Source: Saccostrea echinata
Lineage: Eukaryota
Assembly: GCF_033153115.1 (NCBI RefSeq)
Contig: NW_026889755.1
Location: 7,316,001 to 7,380,000, forward strand
Reading direction: 5' to 3'
DNA: 64,000 nucleotides
Below are positions 9,901-18,692 of the stretch, piece by piece. Each line of letters begins with the position of its first letter. Within the stretch, counting starts at the first letter, position 1. The position numbers and the translations under genes were made by a program. The notes beneath the pieces are model-generated. The model did not search any database. It saw nothing but the letters and a program-made list of their open reading frames with translations, and was not told the origin of the DNA.

Positions 9901-11365
9901 AGGATCGCGAAAAGATTAAAATATCATCCACGTAGACAAGTACCGATTTCCAATTTAACCCTCTCAGCACATTTGACATAAGTGTTTGAAATGAAATGGG
10001 GGAATTAGTAAGGCCAAATGGCATACGTTTCCACTCATACACTCCTTCTCTTGTTATGAAAGCTGCTTTCTCTCTACTTTCCTCATCCAGTTCCATTTGC
10101 CAGAATCCAGACATGAGATCTAAATTAGTAAAATAGTTTGCTCGTGCCTCACCTATAGCATCAAAAACACTTTCCAAATGGGGAAGTGGGAAGGACATGG
10201 GTACTGTAATTTTGTTTAAAGCACGATAATCACAAGCAAACCGAAATTGACCATTCTTTTTCTTTACTAAAACCACTGGCGAATGCCATTCTGAATTTGA
10301 TGGTTGTATAATACCATGATTTAACATTTCTGAAATTTGTTTTTGAATTTCTTTTGAAGCTTGAGATGATGTTCTGTAAAACTGTTGGCGAACAGGCTTT
10401 GAATTTGGTTTTATTTCAATTTTATGTTTGTAAGCACTTGTCCTTCCCAGTTCACTGAGGTCAACAGCAAAGTTACTTCGATGTTTTGCTAAAAATTTCA
10501 GTAAAACCTCTTTTTGATTTGGATCTAAATCGGAATTCTCTAAATCAAATGCAATTTCACTTGGTTTTTGACCTTTGGAATTGTCTGGATTCAACGCACT
10601 GATACTCATTGTCTCATTTTCTAAGGCATACACTTCTCGAGTTTGCACCTCACACACATTAGCTACTACAAAATTCTTTGGTAAGTACACATCCTCAAAT
10701 GTAGGATTAATCAACCTCATAACCACATCATCTCTGATACTTACCAAGCATTTAGCACCAGATAATTGTAAAGATTGCAACTCTTCATGAGGTTCTAACA
10801 GTACTTGCTCACCTAATTTTTGTCTTGAAATATGTACAGGGACATTAATTTCACACCTTTGGGGAATTTTCATAGCACATTTTACACGGGCATACCCATT
10901 GTTGATCGAAATTGAACAAACATTTGCATCACCATTGTGATCTGGAATGTGTAGTGTATTGGTCTCAGAAAACCTAAGAGTTGTGTTGTTTGCACACAAG
11001 AAATCTACTCCTAAAATGAAAGCATGGTGTAAACCATCTACCACATGAACTGAGAAGTTATAATCCTGACCATTGATATCTAACTTCATCTCTAACTTAC
11101 CTGCCACAGGTAACAATTTGCCACTAGCACCCTTAACTGATCGGAAATCAGGTGATGTCAACCTATCATGAGCATAAATAGTCTTTCTAAAGAACTCTAA
11201 ATTCATAATTGTAACAGAAGCACCAGAATCCACTAAAGCACTAGTTTTTCTTCCACCGACTTGCAGTGGAATTGTGTTCTTTGTCATGTGTGCCACTAGA
11301 TTGACTTGTGGCTGGTTGTCATGGTGCCCATCTCTAGAATGTTTTCTAAAGACAGGCGCGCACCC
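6995..11365 (-). CDS. pol: Pol polyprotein (protease, RT, RNase H, integrase, C-terminal chromodomain-like module), in frame with gag
   Basis: Motifs LVDSGAS (PR), YVDD (RT), CDAS (RNase H), H..H..CDRC, IDILGP/SDRG/VERQN (integrase DDE), GPY and VEWEDGSKTWEP. The frame is open from 11365, directly after the gag TAG. The ORF track starts it at a GTG at 11296. Confidence 0.95.
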   Translation of the reverse strand, partial: GCAPVFRKHSRDGHHDNQPQVNLVAHMTKNTIPLQVGGRKTSALVDSGASVTIMNLEFFRKTIYAHDRLTSPDFRSVKGASGKLLPVAGKLEMKLDINGQDYNFSVHVVDGLHHAFILGVDFLCANNTTLRFSETNTLHIPDHNGDANVCSISINNGYARVKCAMKIPQRCEINVPVHISRQKLGEQVLLEPHEELQSLQLSGAKCLVSIRDDVVMRLINPTFEDVYLPKNFVVANVCEVQTREVYALENETMSISALNPDNSKGQKPSEIAFDLENSDLDPNQKEVLLKFLAKHRSNFAVDLSELGRTSAYKHKIEIKPNSKPVRQQFYRTSSQASKEIQKQISEMLNHGIIQPSNSEWHSPVVLVKKKNGQFRFACDYRALNKITVPMSFPLPHLESVFDAIGEARANYFTNLDLMSGFWQMELDEESREKAAFITREGVYEWKRMPFGLTNSPISFQTLMSNVLRGLNWKSVLVYVDDILIFSRSFDEHLQHLEQVFDRLRVANLKLQPSKCHFAVKEVKFLGHIISRKGVQVDPDKTRAVSEFPIPKTQKQVRSFLGMANYYRKFIQDFAKIATPLNALLCKERKFQWSESCQNAFDTLKDKLLSAPILSYPDTSRSFILTCDASDNAIGYVLGQVDDDNREYVVSYGGKSLSQDQRKFNTTEKECLAVLEGIAAFRPYLVHSRFTVITDHKALVWLQTAKHTGRLERWALQLQEYNFQIIHRPGKSNLVADALSRREYQPGVRQATSIVRISAEKDSNNSLEEEKAEIVQLEVSDTQVRSVGSQTSNINFSDTESEDEGDEHPEKLPSINSVSIQTENLPDTLVDEQDSLEEACCVEVSFTYANEEPETLAIEEEDEPEEHQQIPLDVATIGQLQSQCQDFQDIYTYLKDGTLPAEVKTRDAVIAEAKHYSMVEDVLYHWFQRRCRKPQGEFNFIKQIALPQVLRKDALLSYHDSLAGGGHLGIEKVRTAIYRKYYWPRMHSDIIEYVKSCDRCQRAKRDYNPSKPPMNPLPMVHKFDRWHIDILGPLYKTKEGHEHILLCVDSYTRWVEGFPMRTQTAEETANVLFREIFSRFGAPKVLVSDRGTNFMSKLVKALCEIFEITKHQTSAYHPKTNGLVERQNSTLAQSLRAYCGKAQNDWPKLIASILMAYRKAPSMHSTEFSPFFLMFGEEMRLPYDVALEPLENMSRDTKAYINEFLENLKVHDEIAKENIKWHQEQNKTRHDLNVKIPDFKLGDQVLIKINKVPKGLSSKLYDKSEGPYEIVEIGPNFTYKLKRKSDNKLHMSMMNASNLKHYYDEDERPNFEQPEQQIQIQNGQGQDPVDPPQGRQNDDTVQNDQGQSQNDTDANTGNDQGEGTVVPNDANIDQGQGNEDESDLLDEEIHDPHRKWKFKKFLRGRFKNGRREIRVEWEDGSKTWEPDHCFDDEVMELINKKFTKLGTIRKTCFKRKY

Positions 11366-12751
11366 CTATTGTTTACTGTTTTGAAACGAGGAAGTGTGCT
11401 TGTGGTATTTTGAGTGTGTTACTGTGCGTGAACGTTGCTGTAAGTGCTGTGCGTAAGAAGAGCAAGTTTTCTTAAAATGACCCAATTTACCACAAAAATA
11501 ACAGCTTGACATATTAACCTTTTTAGCATTGCAATTGAAAGAATCGCATAACTCACCAGAACAGTTGTGACAGGAACCTCTCCCATTGCTTGGCCTATTC
11601 TGAGGATGTCTGGATCTGGGTCCCTGATATTGTGTCTCCTGTCTAGCCTGCCGTTGGGAATGCTGATAGCCACCATTTCCCTGTTGAAAGCGGTTTCCAC
11701 CATTTCCCTGTTGAAAGCGGTTTCCACCATTTCCTTGTTGGTAAGGCCTACGGGGTCCACCATTATTCCTCCATGGCTGGGACTCTCTCGGTGGGGCCTG
11801 CTGAGAAAATTGGGCATCGTTCACTGACTCCTGTATGGCGTTTATGTCAGTCCTCACTTCCTGTAGAGCATTCAGCAAGGCTAAATTGGTTGAGTCCTGC
11901 ACTGATGAGGTTTTCTGTCTGATTTTGTTGGCAAGTTCGGCTCGGCATGCACAGTTCCTCAGTTGTTCTAAAGAATGAGGGTCATCCTTTACCACATCCG
12001 CACTTATGTCTGGCTTCAGTCCATTAATTATGACTGTAATTAGCCAGTCCTGGTCTACACTTCGGTCATTGGTCATACTAGTCACTCGGTGTATAAAGTC
12101 CTCTACACTTTCTTGGTCCTTTTGTTTAACATCCATCAGTTGTAAATTATGTCTTGAGGACGGCTGGAATCGATTATGTAAGGCCCTGCGAATAGACTCT
12201 AGTGACGATTTTACCGTGCGGTCCAAAGCGTAGAACCAGCTTTCGGCAGCCCCTTCCAGATAAAAGGGGAGGGTGTTGATGGCGACTTCCTCTGTGAGCT
12301 TTTGGAGGTTAATAAAGGTTATGAACTTGTACCACCATTGTACCACAGACACCTTCCCATTGAATTTTTCAAGTCTAACTTTGGGAAAAGATGAGCTTCC
12401 CTGAGAGTTGGTTGTATAATTCCTGTTGGTTAAAGAAGAGGGTGGATCAAAAGTGAGTGGGATTGGGGGTTGTCTGGTTGACACTTCCCTCAACTGTCTC
12501 CTTAGGGATTCAATTTCTTCTTCTTTTTCGTCTAACTCTCGGTTTCTGCGGTCTTGGAGACGTTGTATCTCCTCCTGTTGACTTCGTAACTCTCTCTGTA
12601 ACGAACTCACTTCTTCCTGGTTGTAATCTTCCTCGATGGTGTCGGAGTTCTCCGGTGCTGAAGCATTAGATGGAGCAGGCATTTTGCTGTACTTTCTTAA
12701 GTTATATCGGTGAAAGGCTGTATTTTCTTTCAACTCCACAATATGGTTCAT
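11366..12751 (-). CDS. gag: Gag (coiled coil, capsid, Q/G/N-rich repeats, zinc knuckle)
   Basis: 461-aa ORF just after the PBS. LEKFNG...WW capsid start, QKDQESVEDF major-homology-like motif and CYFCGKLGHFKKTC CCHC knuckle. The ATG at 12682 (MPAPS) has the better Kozak context. Confidence 0.93.
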   Translation of the reverse strand: MNHIVELKENTAFHRYNLRKYSKMPAPSNASAPENSDTIEEDYNQEEVSSLQRELRSQQEEIQRLQDRRNRELDEKEEEIESLRRQLREVSTRQPPIPLTFDPPSSLTNRNYTTNSQGSSSFPKVRLEKFNGKVSVVQWWYKFITFINLQKLTEEVAINTLPFYLEGAAESWFYALDRTVKSSLESIRRALHNRFQPSSRHNLQLMDVKQKDQESVEDFIHRVTSMTNDRSVDQDWLITVIINGLKPDISADVVKDDPHSLEQLRNCACRAELANKIRQKTSSVQDSTNLALLNALQEVRTDINAIQESVNDAQFSQQAPPRESQPWRNNGGPRRPYQQGNGGNRFQQGNGGNRFQQGNGGYQHSQRQARQETQYQGPRSRHPQNRPSNGRGSCHNCSGELCDSFNCNAKKVNMSSCYFCGKLGHFKKTCSSYAQHLQQRSRTVTHSKYHKHTSSFQNSKQ

Positions 12752-12759
12752 CCGGGTTT

Positions 12760-12773
12760 CGGATTCTCCACCA
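12760..12773 (-). promoter_or_regulatory. Primer-binding site, tRNA-Ala-like (TGGTGGAGAATCCG)
   Basis: Starts 2 nt inside the 5' LTR boundary and is complementary to a ...TTCTCCACCA tRNA 3' end, as found in tRNA-Ala. Confidence 0.8.
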
Positions 12774-12775
12774 GT

Positions 12776-14341
12776 TGTCGTGTCGCCCTATTGGGTGACC
12801 GCACTTATCTTGGGAATTTGTCTAGCTCGCTCGCTTGTGAGAGACCCTTATTTATAATGATTCTGCTTTTCAGCCACCAGGTCCAGATTAGGTTTGGGTG
12901 CACTGTAATAAGGAAAAGCAAAGCGTGGATCAAATTAAAAACGATGTTACTTTATTCACGTCTCCGAATAGAATGCACAACAAAAAGTCACCAGGCACAA
13001 TAAAATAAATCATTATGAGTTGCTCGTAGCATTACAAACAAGTGTGCCTTAACCTACCTAACATCTGGTGACTCATAGAGTGATTAAACAATATTAAAAG
13101 ACTCACTCTATATAATAAAAAATCTAGACAATGTAATTTCCAACTGAAATACTAAAGCTCGTACTTTTGTTTACACTGGATACATTTAAATTTACCTCCC
13201 TCGACTGGAGAGTTTGATAATAATAATAGAGCCAAACAAAGAAAGGCATTATATTTCCGGTATAAAACCGATAAAAAGTAAAACGTGTCTAACTATAAAA
13301 CTACACTCTACATAGGACTACAGCTACCAAAATACAAGAAAAATCATAAGAACACACATCAAATATAAATGCCCTGATCTCAATATAATACTTTTATAAT
13401 AGATTTCTATTTTAATGAAAGCTCAAATTTTGTAAACTAAAGCTCAAATTTTTGTAAACTCCAGAAATTAATTGCAAATGTTAATAAATAATTAATTAAT
13501 CTTTTCTTTATAAGTTCTAGAAAAATAACTTAACCAAATAAAACATTTTTACCATACCTGTAATAAGGAAAAGCAAAGCGTGGATCAAATTAAAAACGAT
13601 GTTACTTTATTCACGTCTCCGAATAGAATGGCCGAGTTGCGGCACAATTCCATTCGGAGACCCACGCTTGCCGTGAATTATTTTGTCCAATCAAATTAGT
13701 TTTTCTTTGTTAATTTGTATCAATAATAGCCAAAATATCGTATTTTGAAAAATCACATGACATGAACTGACCATTACCTGAGTATTTGACCTGCCACTTA
13801 ACAAGTTAATCCCCTAACAATAGGTTAATGGATTCTACTTCGTTTGATAGTGTTTTTGACACTAGATAAAAAAGATAAAAGAACCCATAAATAAATATAC
13901 AAAAAAAACACATCACCTATCTACAAATTACTGCTGTTCTCTTTTTCCAGCAAAATTACATAATTGTATGGCTAAAGGCTTAAACAGTTTACTAATCCCT
14001 CATGCCAAATCTTCTGAGTAACACATATTATTTATTTTAGACAATTACCTGTACTTATTTTTTTCTTCAAAGACATTCCTTCTTTTTCGTCAAATAAAAT
14101 ACTATTACCAAATTTCTATACATATATCTGAAATTGTAACAGGAAATAAAATAAAGACTTTACTATATAATTCCTATAAAACGAGAATACCCAAAATGTT
14201 ATGTTAAAATATCCACATACATTAATCTTAACCCAAATTGAAATATTAATTGACTAAAATTCAAAGTGAAATTTTATCTTTAATCATAACTAGTCATGTT
14301 GCAGATTTTATTTGACAAAATGAAATATGTCAGAAAGGACA
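12776..14341 (-). repeat. 5' LTR
   Basis: TGTC...GACA termini. Contains a CCAAT box, an Inr-like CCATTCT (about 13625-13631), and AATAAA in both copies of a 73-bp internal repeat (12903-12975 and 13558-13630). Confidence 0.95.
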
Positions 14342-15973
14342 GTAGCATTAATTGGTATATGCATTTACACCGAAATACTAATGAAAAAAAAACATAATAC
14401 AAGGCATTTTTCCTCTACGTAAAACAGCTGATCTTATAGGCAAGGACGTAATTTCAGTGCAGGAAGGGGAGGGGGCACAACTTATGCAAAGAAAATCCCT
14501 TGACAAGTAAAAAAAAAGGTCACATGCGTCATTTTTGAGGAAGCAATATTGAATAATATATGCTGGCAATTTATTGGGGACACACACCCCAACCAATGTT
14601 TTTACAGATCTTACATTAGCCATTATAATAAGGCACATATAAAAAAAATCACAAAACAGGCACTTTCCTTAGGGTAAAAAGAAACACTAAAAGATATTGC
14701 TGGATATTTCACTGTAGGCAAAAAATTCTATTATCTTTCTAGTATAAATACATATACCAAAAATGTTACACAAGACCCTACTAAAAGTTTAATTTTTCTT
14801 TTGTGACCCCCCCCCCCCCCACAGACTTCCTCGCCTTCACAGTTTTATTATTGTGATTGCTACGCACGCTAACTCGAGAATTTTGCTTACGTTTCACATC
14901 CATTGAATTCAATATAAATGATAATTTGGACATTAAAACTTGTTTGAATGCAAAGAAAAACTCATTAGTAACGGACTAAAAATTTAAAAAAATAACAGTG
15001 TCAAAAAGTAATTTGCTCTTATTTTCAACTCCTTTCATAAGGGGGTAGAAAATTTTATCAATTGAAATCAAGCTTTAAAACATTACCAGATTTTCAAATA
15101 TTCACGGAAATAGATAGATGAATCTCAAGTCTCTCAGTATGTTTAACTAATGCAAAATTGAACATATTGAGGAGGGGATGGTAAAATTGTTATTTCTTAA
15201 AGTTATATTCACAAGGGGACTATCATTGGAAATCGAATGCAGAAAATTTCCGAAAAAGGCATACTGTCAAGTCCTTCAGAATATAACAGAAAAGTCAGTA
15301 ATTCTTATGCTTCTTTTTATTCATAATAGAAAGATAAGTGCAATTGTCCAGCGTCATTCACCAAAGGAGCCAAATGAATGTGGTTCAAACTTCGTTATGT
15401 TGAACTCGATGAGACGGAGAAAAAAACAGAGAGATATCCTAGAGTTCAAGATATTGAGGGTAAAATACTTAAGGAAAAAGTGTTTTGGACTTCAACATCA
15501 TTTTGACATATCTATATCGAAATATCCGTGTTCGAGATAAGGAAGTTCAACTGTATTTTCATAACAAATTGTTGGATCTGCAAGTAGGTATCTAATTATA
15601 GTTCATTAAGATAATAACCAAATGACGAAGATCTCCACTAATATAACAAAATGTAAAGAAAAGTGAGATGACATAATTTTAAGATTTGCATTACAAATTT
15701 GAATCATGTTCCTTTGTTATTTTCTTTCTACAAGAACTAGGGTATACATATATACTTAATAATATTATATTTATGATCGATTTTGGCTAATCATAGTTTA
15801 ATCTCTGAGATGCATTCAGGAAATGTAACCATTTACGCACACAGAAGGCGACGGACTACGATGTTTACCATGCACTGATCATGTGATTTATTATAACACG
15901 TAAAGTAATAAGGAACTTCTTAAATGCATTTTCCTTAAATTGCAAACATCTATACGTACAGTGACATAATGAA

Positions 15974-16151
15974 CATAGGCGTCGGAAGCAAATTGAAAGT
16001 GGGGTGGCTAATTGAAAGTGGGGGGGGGGGGGAGTAAACCAACGGAAAAAGGTAAGCCCCAGTTTTCAATGCCTATATTTTGTCTATTTATGAAAAAAAA
16101 AGTGAGGGGGGGCTAGCCCCCCTCCAGCCCCCCCCGGTTCCGACGCCTATG
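15974..16151. mobile_element. MITE, hAT-like
   Basis: Perfect 14-bp TIR CATAGGCGTCGGAA/TTCCGACGCCTATG, with ATGAA on both sides. Confidence 0.8.
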
Positions 16152-16182
16152 ATGAATGAACTTACGTTTTCTCTAGATGCGC

Positions 16183-16362
16183 ACCGTCACGGTAGCTCAG
16201 TCGGTAGAGCGCTCGCTTCGTGATTGAAAGGTCGTGTGTTCGAATCACGGCCGCGTCTGACCTAAAAAAATAGGTAGCAACTGTTCCTTCGCCAAGCGCA
16301 CGGCACTTTGGAGTGAAAGTTGTGGGTCTTTCGGATGAGACCTTAAGAACCGAGGCATCGCA
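16183..16362 (+). mobile_element. tRNA-derived SINE, 3' truncated
   Basis: Box A TAGCTCAGTCGG, box B TGTTCGAATC, then GGTAGCAACTGTTCCTTCGCCAAGCG and TCGGATGAGACC...AACCGAGG core. No tail. Confidence 0.7.
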
Positions 16363-16624
16363 TTTTTCTTAGGGAAAAGGGAGCAATTATGATTTTTCCA
16401 TTGAAAATGACCCTCTTCTTTAATACAATATAGGGTGCGTTATTTTGTTTTTCAGGGAAGCTTATATCAATTTTTTCATCTATTTTTGGTTAACTCAAAT
16501 TTATTGAGACTAAAAGAAAATCAGTGTCATACCAGTTATGTAAATACATATATTTGGGTAGGAAAGATAAAGTGTTGGGCAGAGCGACCTTCTACCTGTC
16601 TTCTCGTTCTCGATGAGGGCAGAT

Positions 16625-16860
16625 CAAAGGCGGATCCAGCGTCGGCGCCCCCTTCCCCCCTTCCCGTTTGAATTTATTTTTTTTTACATAAAAAAAACAC
16701 CTCTTATTTGTAAGAATTCGTCAGCTTCCGGGGGTTTTGTTCACGGACCCCCACCAGGGCTTTATCCTGGACCCACTGGGGGCTTCAAAGCATCCCCCAG
16801 ACCCCCTGCCTTCTACTGCGCCCTCCTCCCCCATTATGAAATTTCTTGGATCCGCCATTG
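16625..16860. mobile_element. MITE, hAT-like
   Basis: TIR CAAAGGCGGATCCA/TGGATCCGCCATTG; flanks CAGAT/TAGAT. Confidence 0.7.
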
Positions 16861-16999
16861 TAGATCAATTCATCAGCTTTTCGAAAGAAATATAAAATAA
16901 TGCTGTCTATTACTAAAATCTAAATCCAGAATTTTGTTTTATGCATATTTTTTCAAAGTGTTAAGTGTATCCATGGTAAAAAATGTTGATATACACTCA

Positions 17000-17133
17000 T
17001 AACGCACTTTGAAAAAATTTTTCAAAGTGCGTTGATTTTGTCCCAGATTTAACGCACTTTGAAAAATCTTTTCAAAGTGCGTTATTTTTGTCCCAATTTT
17101 AACGCACTTTGAAAAAAAATTTTCAAAGTGCGG
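17000..17133. repeat. Tandem array of about 50-bp units, each holding a palindrome
   Basis: About three copies of AACGCACTTTGAAAA...TTTTCAAAGTGCGTT joined by near-identical linkers. Confidence 0.85.
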
Positions 17134-17534
17134 AATTTTTTCATAGTGCGTTGCCACAAAGCATATCGCCAGAAACGATAATAGCAAGAGTTGTCTCTAC
17201 TTTGTTTTGTATCTATGACAGAAATACCCACTACTATTTTCGCAGACAAAAATGTAAGACTGTTTAGTCAGTGAAGATTTTCATAGTAAATGACAGATAG
17301 AGACTTTATTTGCCAACAACATTGACTTGCATTGTCCCTGTTGGCTAGGGCGACAATATAAACCCAAACAAAATGTCACAATATTTTCCAAGCTAATTAG
17401 GCGGTAGGAACGAGTGGTTAATATGCATATTTATCAAACGTTTGGGAACTATCATCATTTGCCAGTTCGATTATTCTGAAAAAAATAATACCTTTACCAG
17501 AACAAGAATTGAATACTTTATCTGTATTATCATT

Positions 17535-18318
17535 TTTGTGTCACCTGCAGAGCAGAGCGGCACTTAGGGATCACTCTACCCGGCGTCCGTTTGTCTGTCT
17601 TTCCGTCTGTCTAGCTGTCCGTCTGTCACACCTAGTATCTCAAGAACTATAAGAGATATGGACTTGATATTTTGCATATATATTGCTTGGCACTATGGCT
17701 TTTGTGAATTGCTATGGTTACTGACCTCGTGACCCTTGATCTACTTTACAAAAAAGTTAATAGTGCCAATATACAGCATATTTTGGACATTTAAGAGGTA
17801 CGTCTATGCTATTTAGCATGTGCACTGATTGTTCTAAAACATGAAAAACAAGCATTATTATTCACTTGACCCTCACCTTTGACGTTCTTTGCAAAAATTA
17901 CCCCGGACAGTTTAATTTAACTGAAGTCTTTTAATTTTGAGAGGTGGGGTGTTGATAATTAGCATTTATACATGTTTATGAGCTCATGATACTGTACTTT
18001 GAAACTGTATGACATTCAGTTACCACACAAACTGATACGAAAATACATCGAGATCGGTATCCCACAATAGATCGTTTAGACCGACAATTGGAGTAAAGAA
18101 CTTCTTATAATAATTTAAATTTAATTATTCATTTAAGGGTTGGGAATCATATTTTATTTGATTGTCAGATTCTATCGCAGTCTTATACTATGCGTGGATG
18201 CTTCTTTCTGCATGAACTATCATAGTTGTAAATAAATAGCTTCTACACTTAGGTTTATTTACGGCTTTAATGAAGTTGCAAAGTAGGCGACACATGCGTT
18301 CCTTTGAACACTCCAGTT
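17535..18318 (+). mobile_element. Helentron-associated non-autonomous element (HINE-like)
   Basis: T-run, then TGTGTCACCTGC sub-TIR and a GTCT/GTCC microsatellite. The 3' end has the matching GTAGGCGACACA, a short hairpin and TT. Confidence 0.65.
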
Positions 18319-18692
18319 AATTTAGCGGGTGGCATTCCTACTATGTACAAAACATACTTGTCACATTATAACTTTGCTGTCGCCCTTTGAATTAATTTAA
18401 ATGTGCCATAATTTATATATTACTTATGTAAATGAATGAGTTTTCCTTGTAAAACACGCTTGAAATTCAAGTCAATTCAAATAAAACTACACTCCTGTCG
18501 ATTATGATTTTGATTTATTTTGCCAAATGTTCTTAATTTTGAAATACATATAGATATAAACGTAGAGCAGGTGAATATGTAATACAAACTGATCATTAAT
18601 GAATTTAAAATCTTAAAAGTCACACAAAATGTATACTGAAAACAAAATTTTGAATTCACAATTCCATCTGTGTGTAGAATAGGACACAAAAT

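Larger units (their letters stand above)
1915..14341 (-). mobile_element. Full-length env-bearing Ty3/gypsy (Metaviridae) LTR retrotransposon, 12,427 bp
   Basis: Two 1566-bp LTRs, outer termini TGTC...GACA, 4-bp TSD GTAG (1911-1914 and 14342-14345), PBS and PPT. Open gag, pol (order PR-RT-RH-IN) and env frames. Confidence 0.97.
1736..14845. mobile_element. Non-autonomous TIR element (about 0.68 kb when empty), split by the LTR retrotransposon
   Basis: AAACGGTGAAGGCGAGGAAG at 1736-1755 and its inverted copy CTTCCTCGCCTTCACAGTTT at 14826-14845 (1 mismatch). No clear TSD. Confidence 0.6.

Noticed and set aside
11366-11368. gag TAG as an inactivating nonsense mutation
   Set aside because: It sits exactly at the NC/PR boundary with a spacer-plus-hairpin context in an otherwise pristine element, so programmed readthrough is more likely, though unproven.
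5612-12669. Short overlapping or antisense ORFs within env, pol and gag
   Set aside because: Expected shadow ORFs of long coding frames; no independent evidence.
17000-17133. Palindromic repeats with linkers (CRISPR-like)
   Set aside because: Linkers are near-identical to each other, so they are not acquired spacers.
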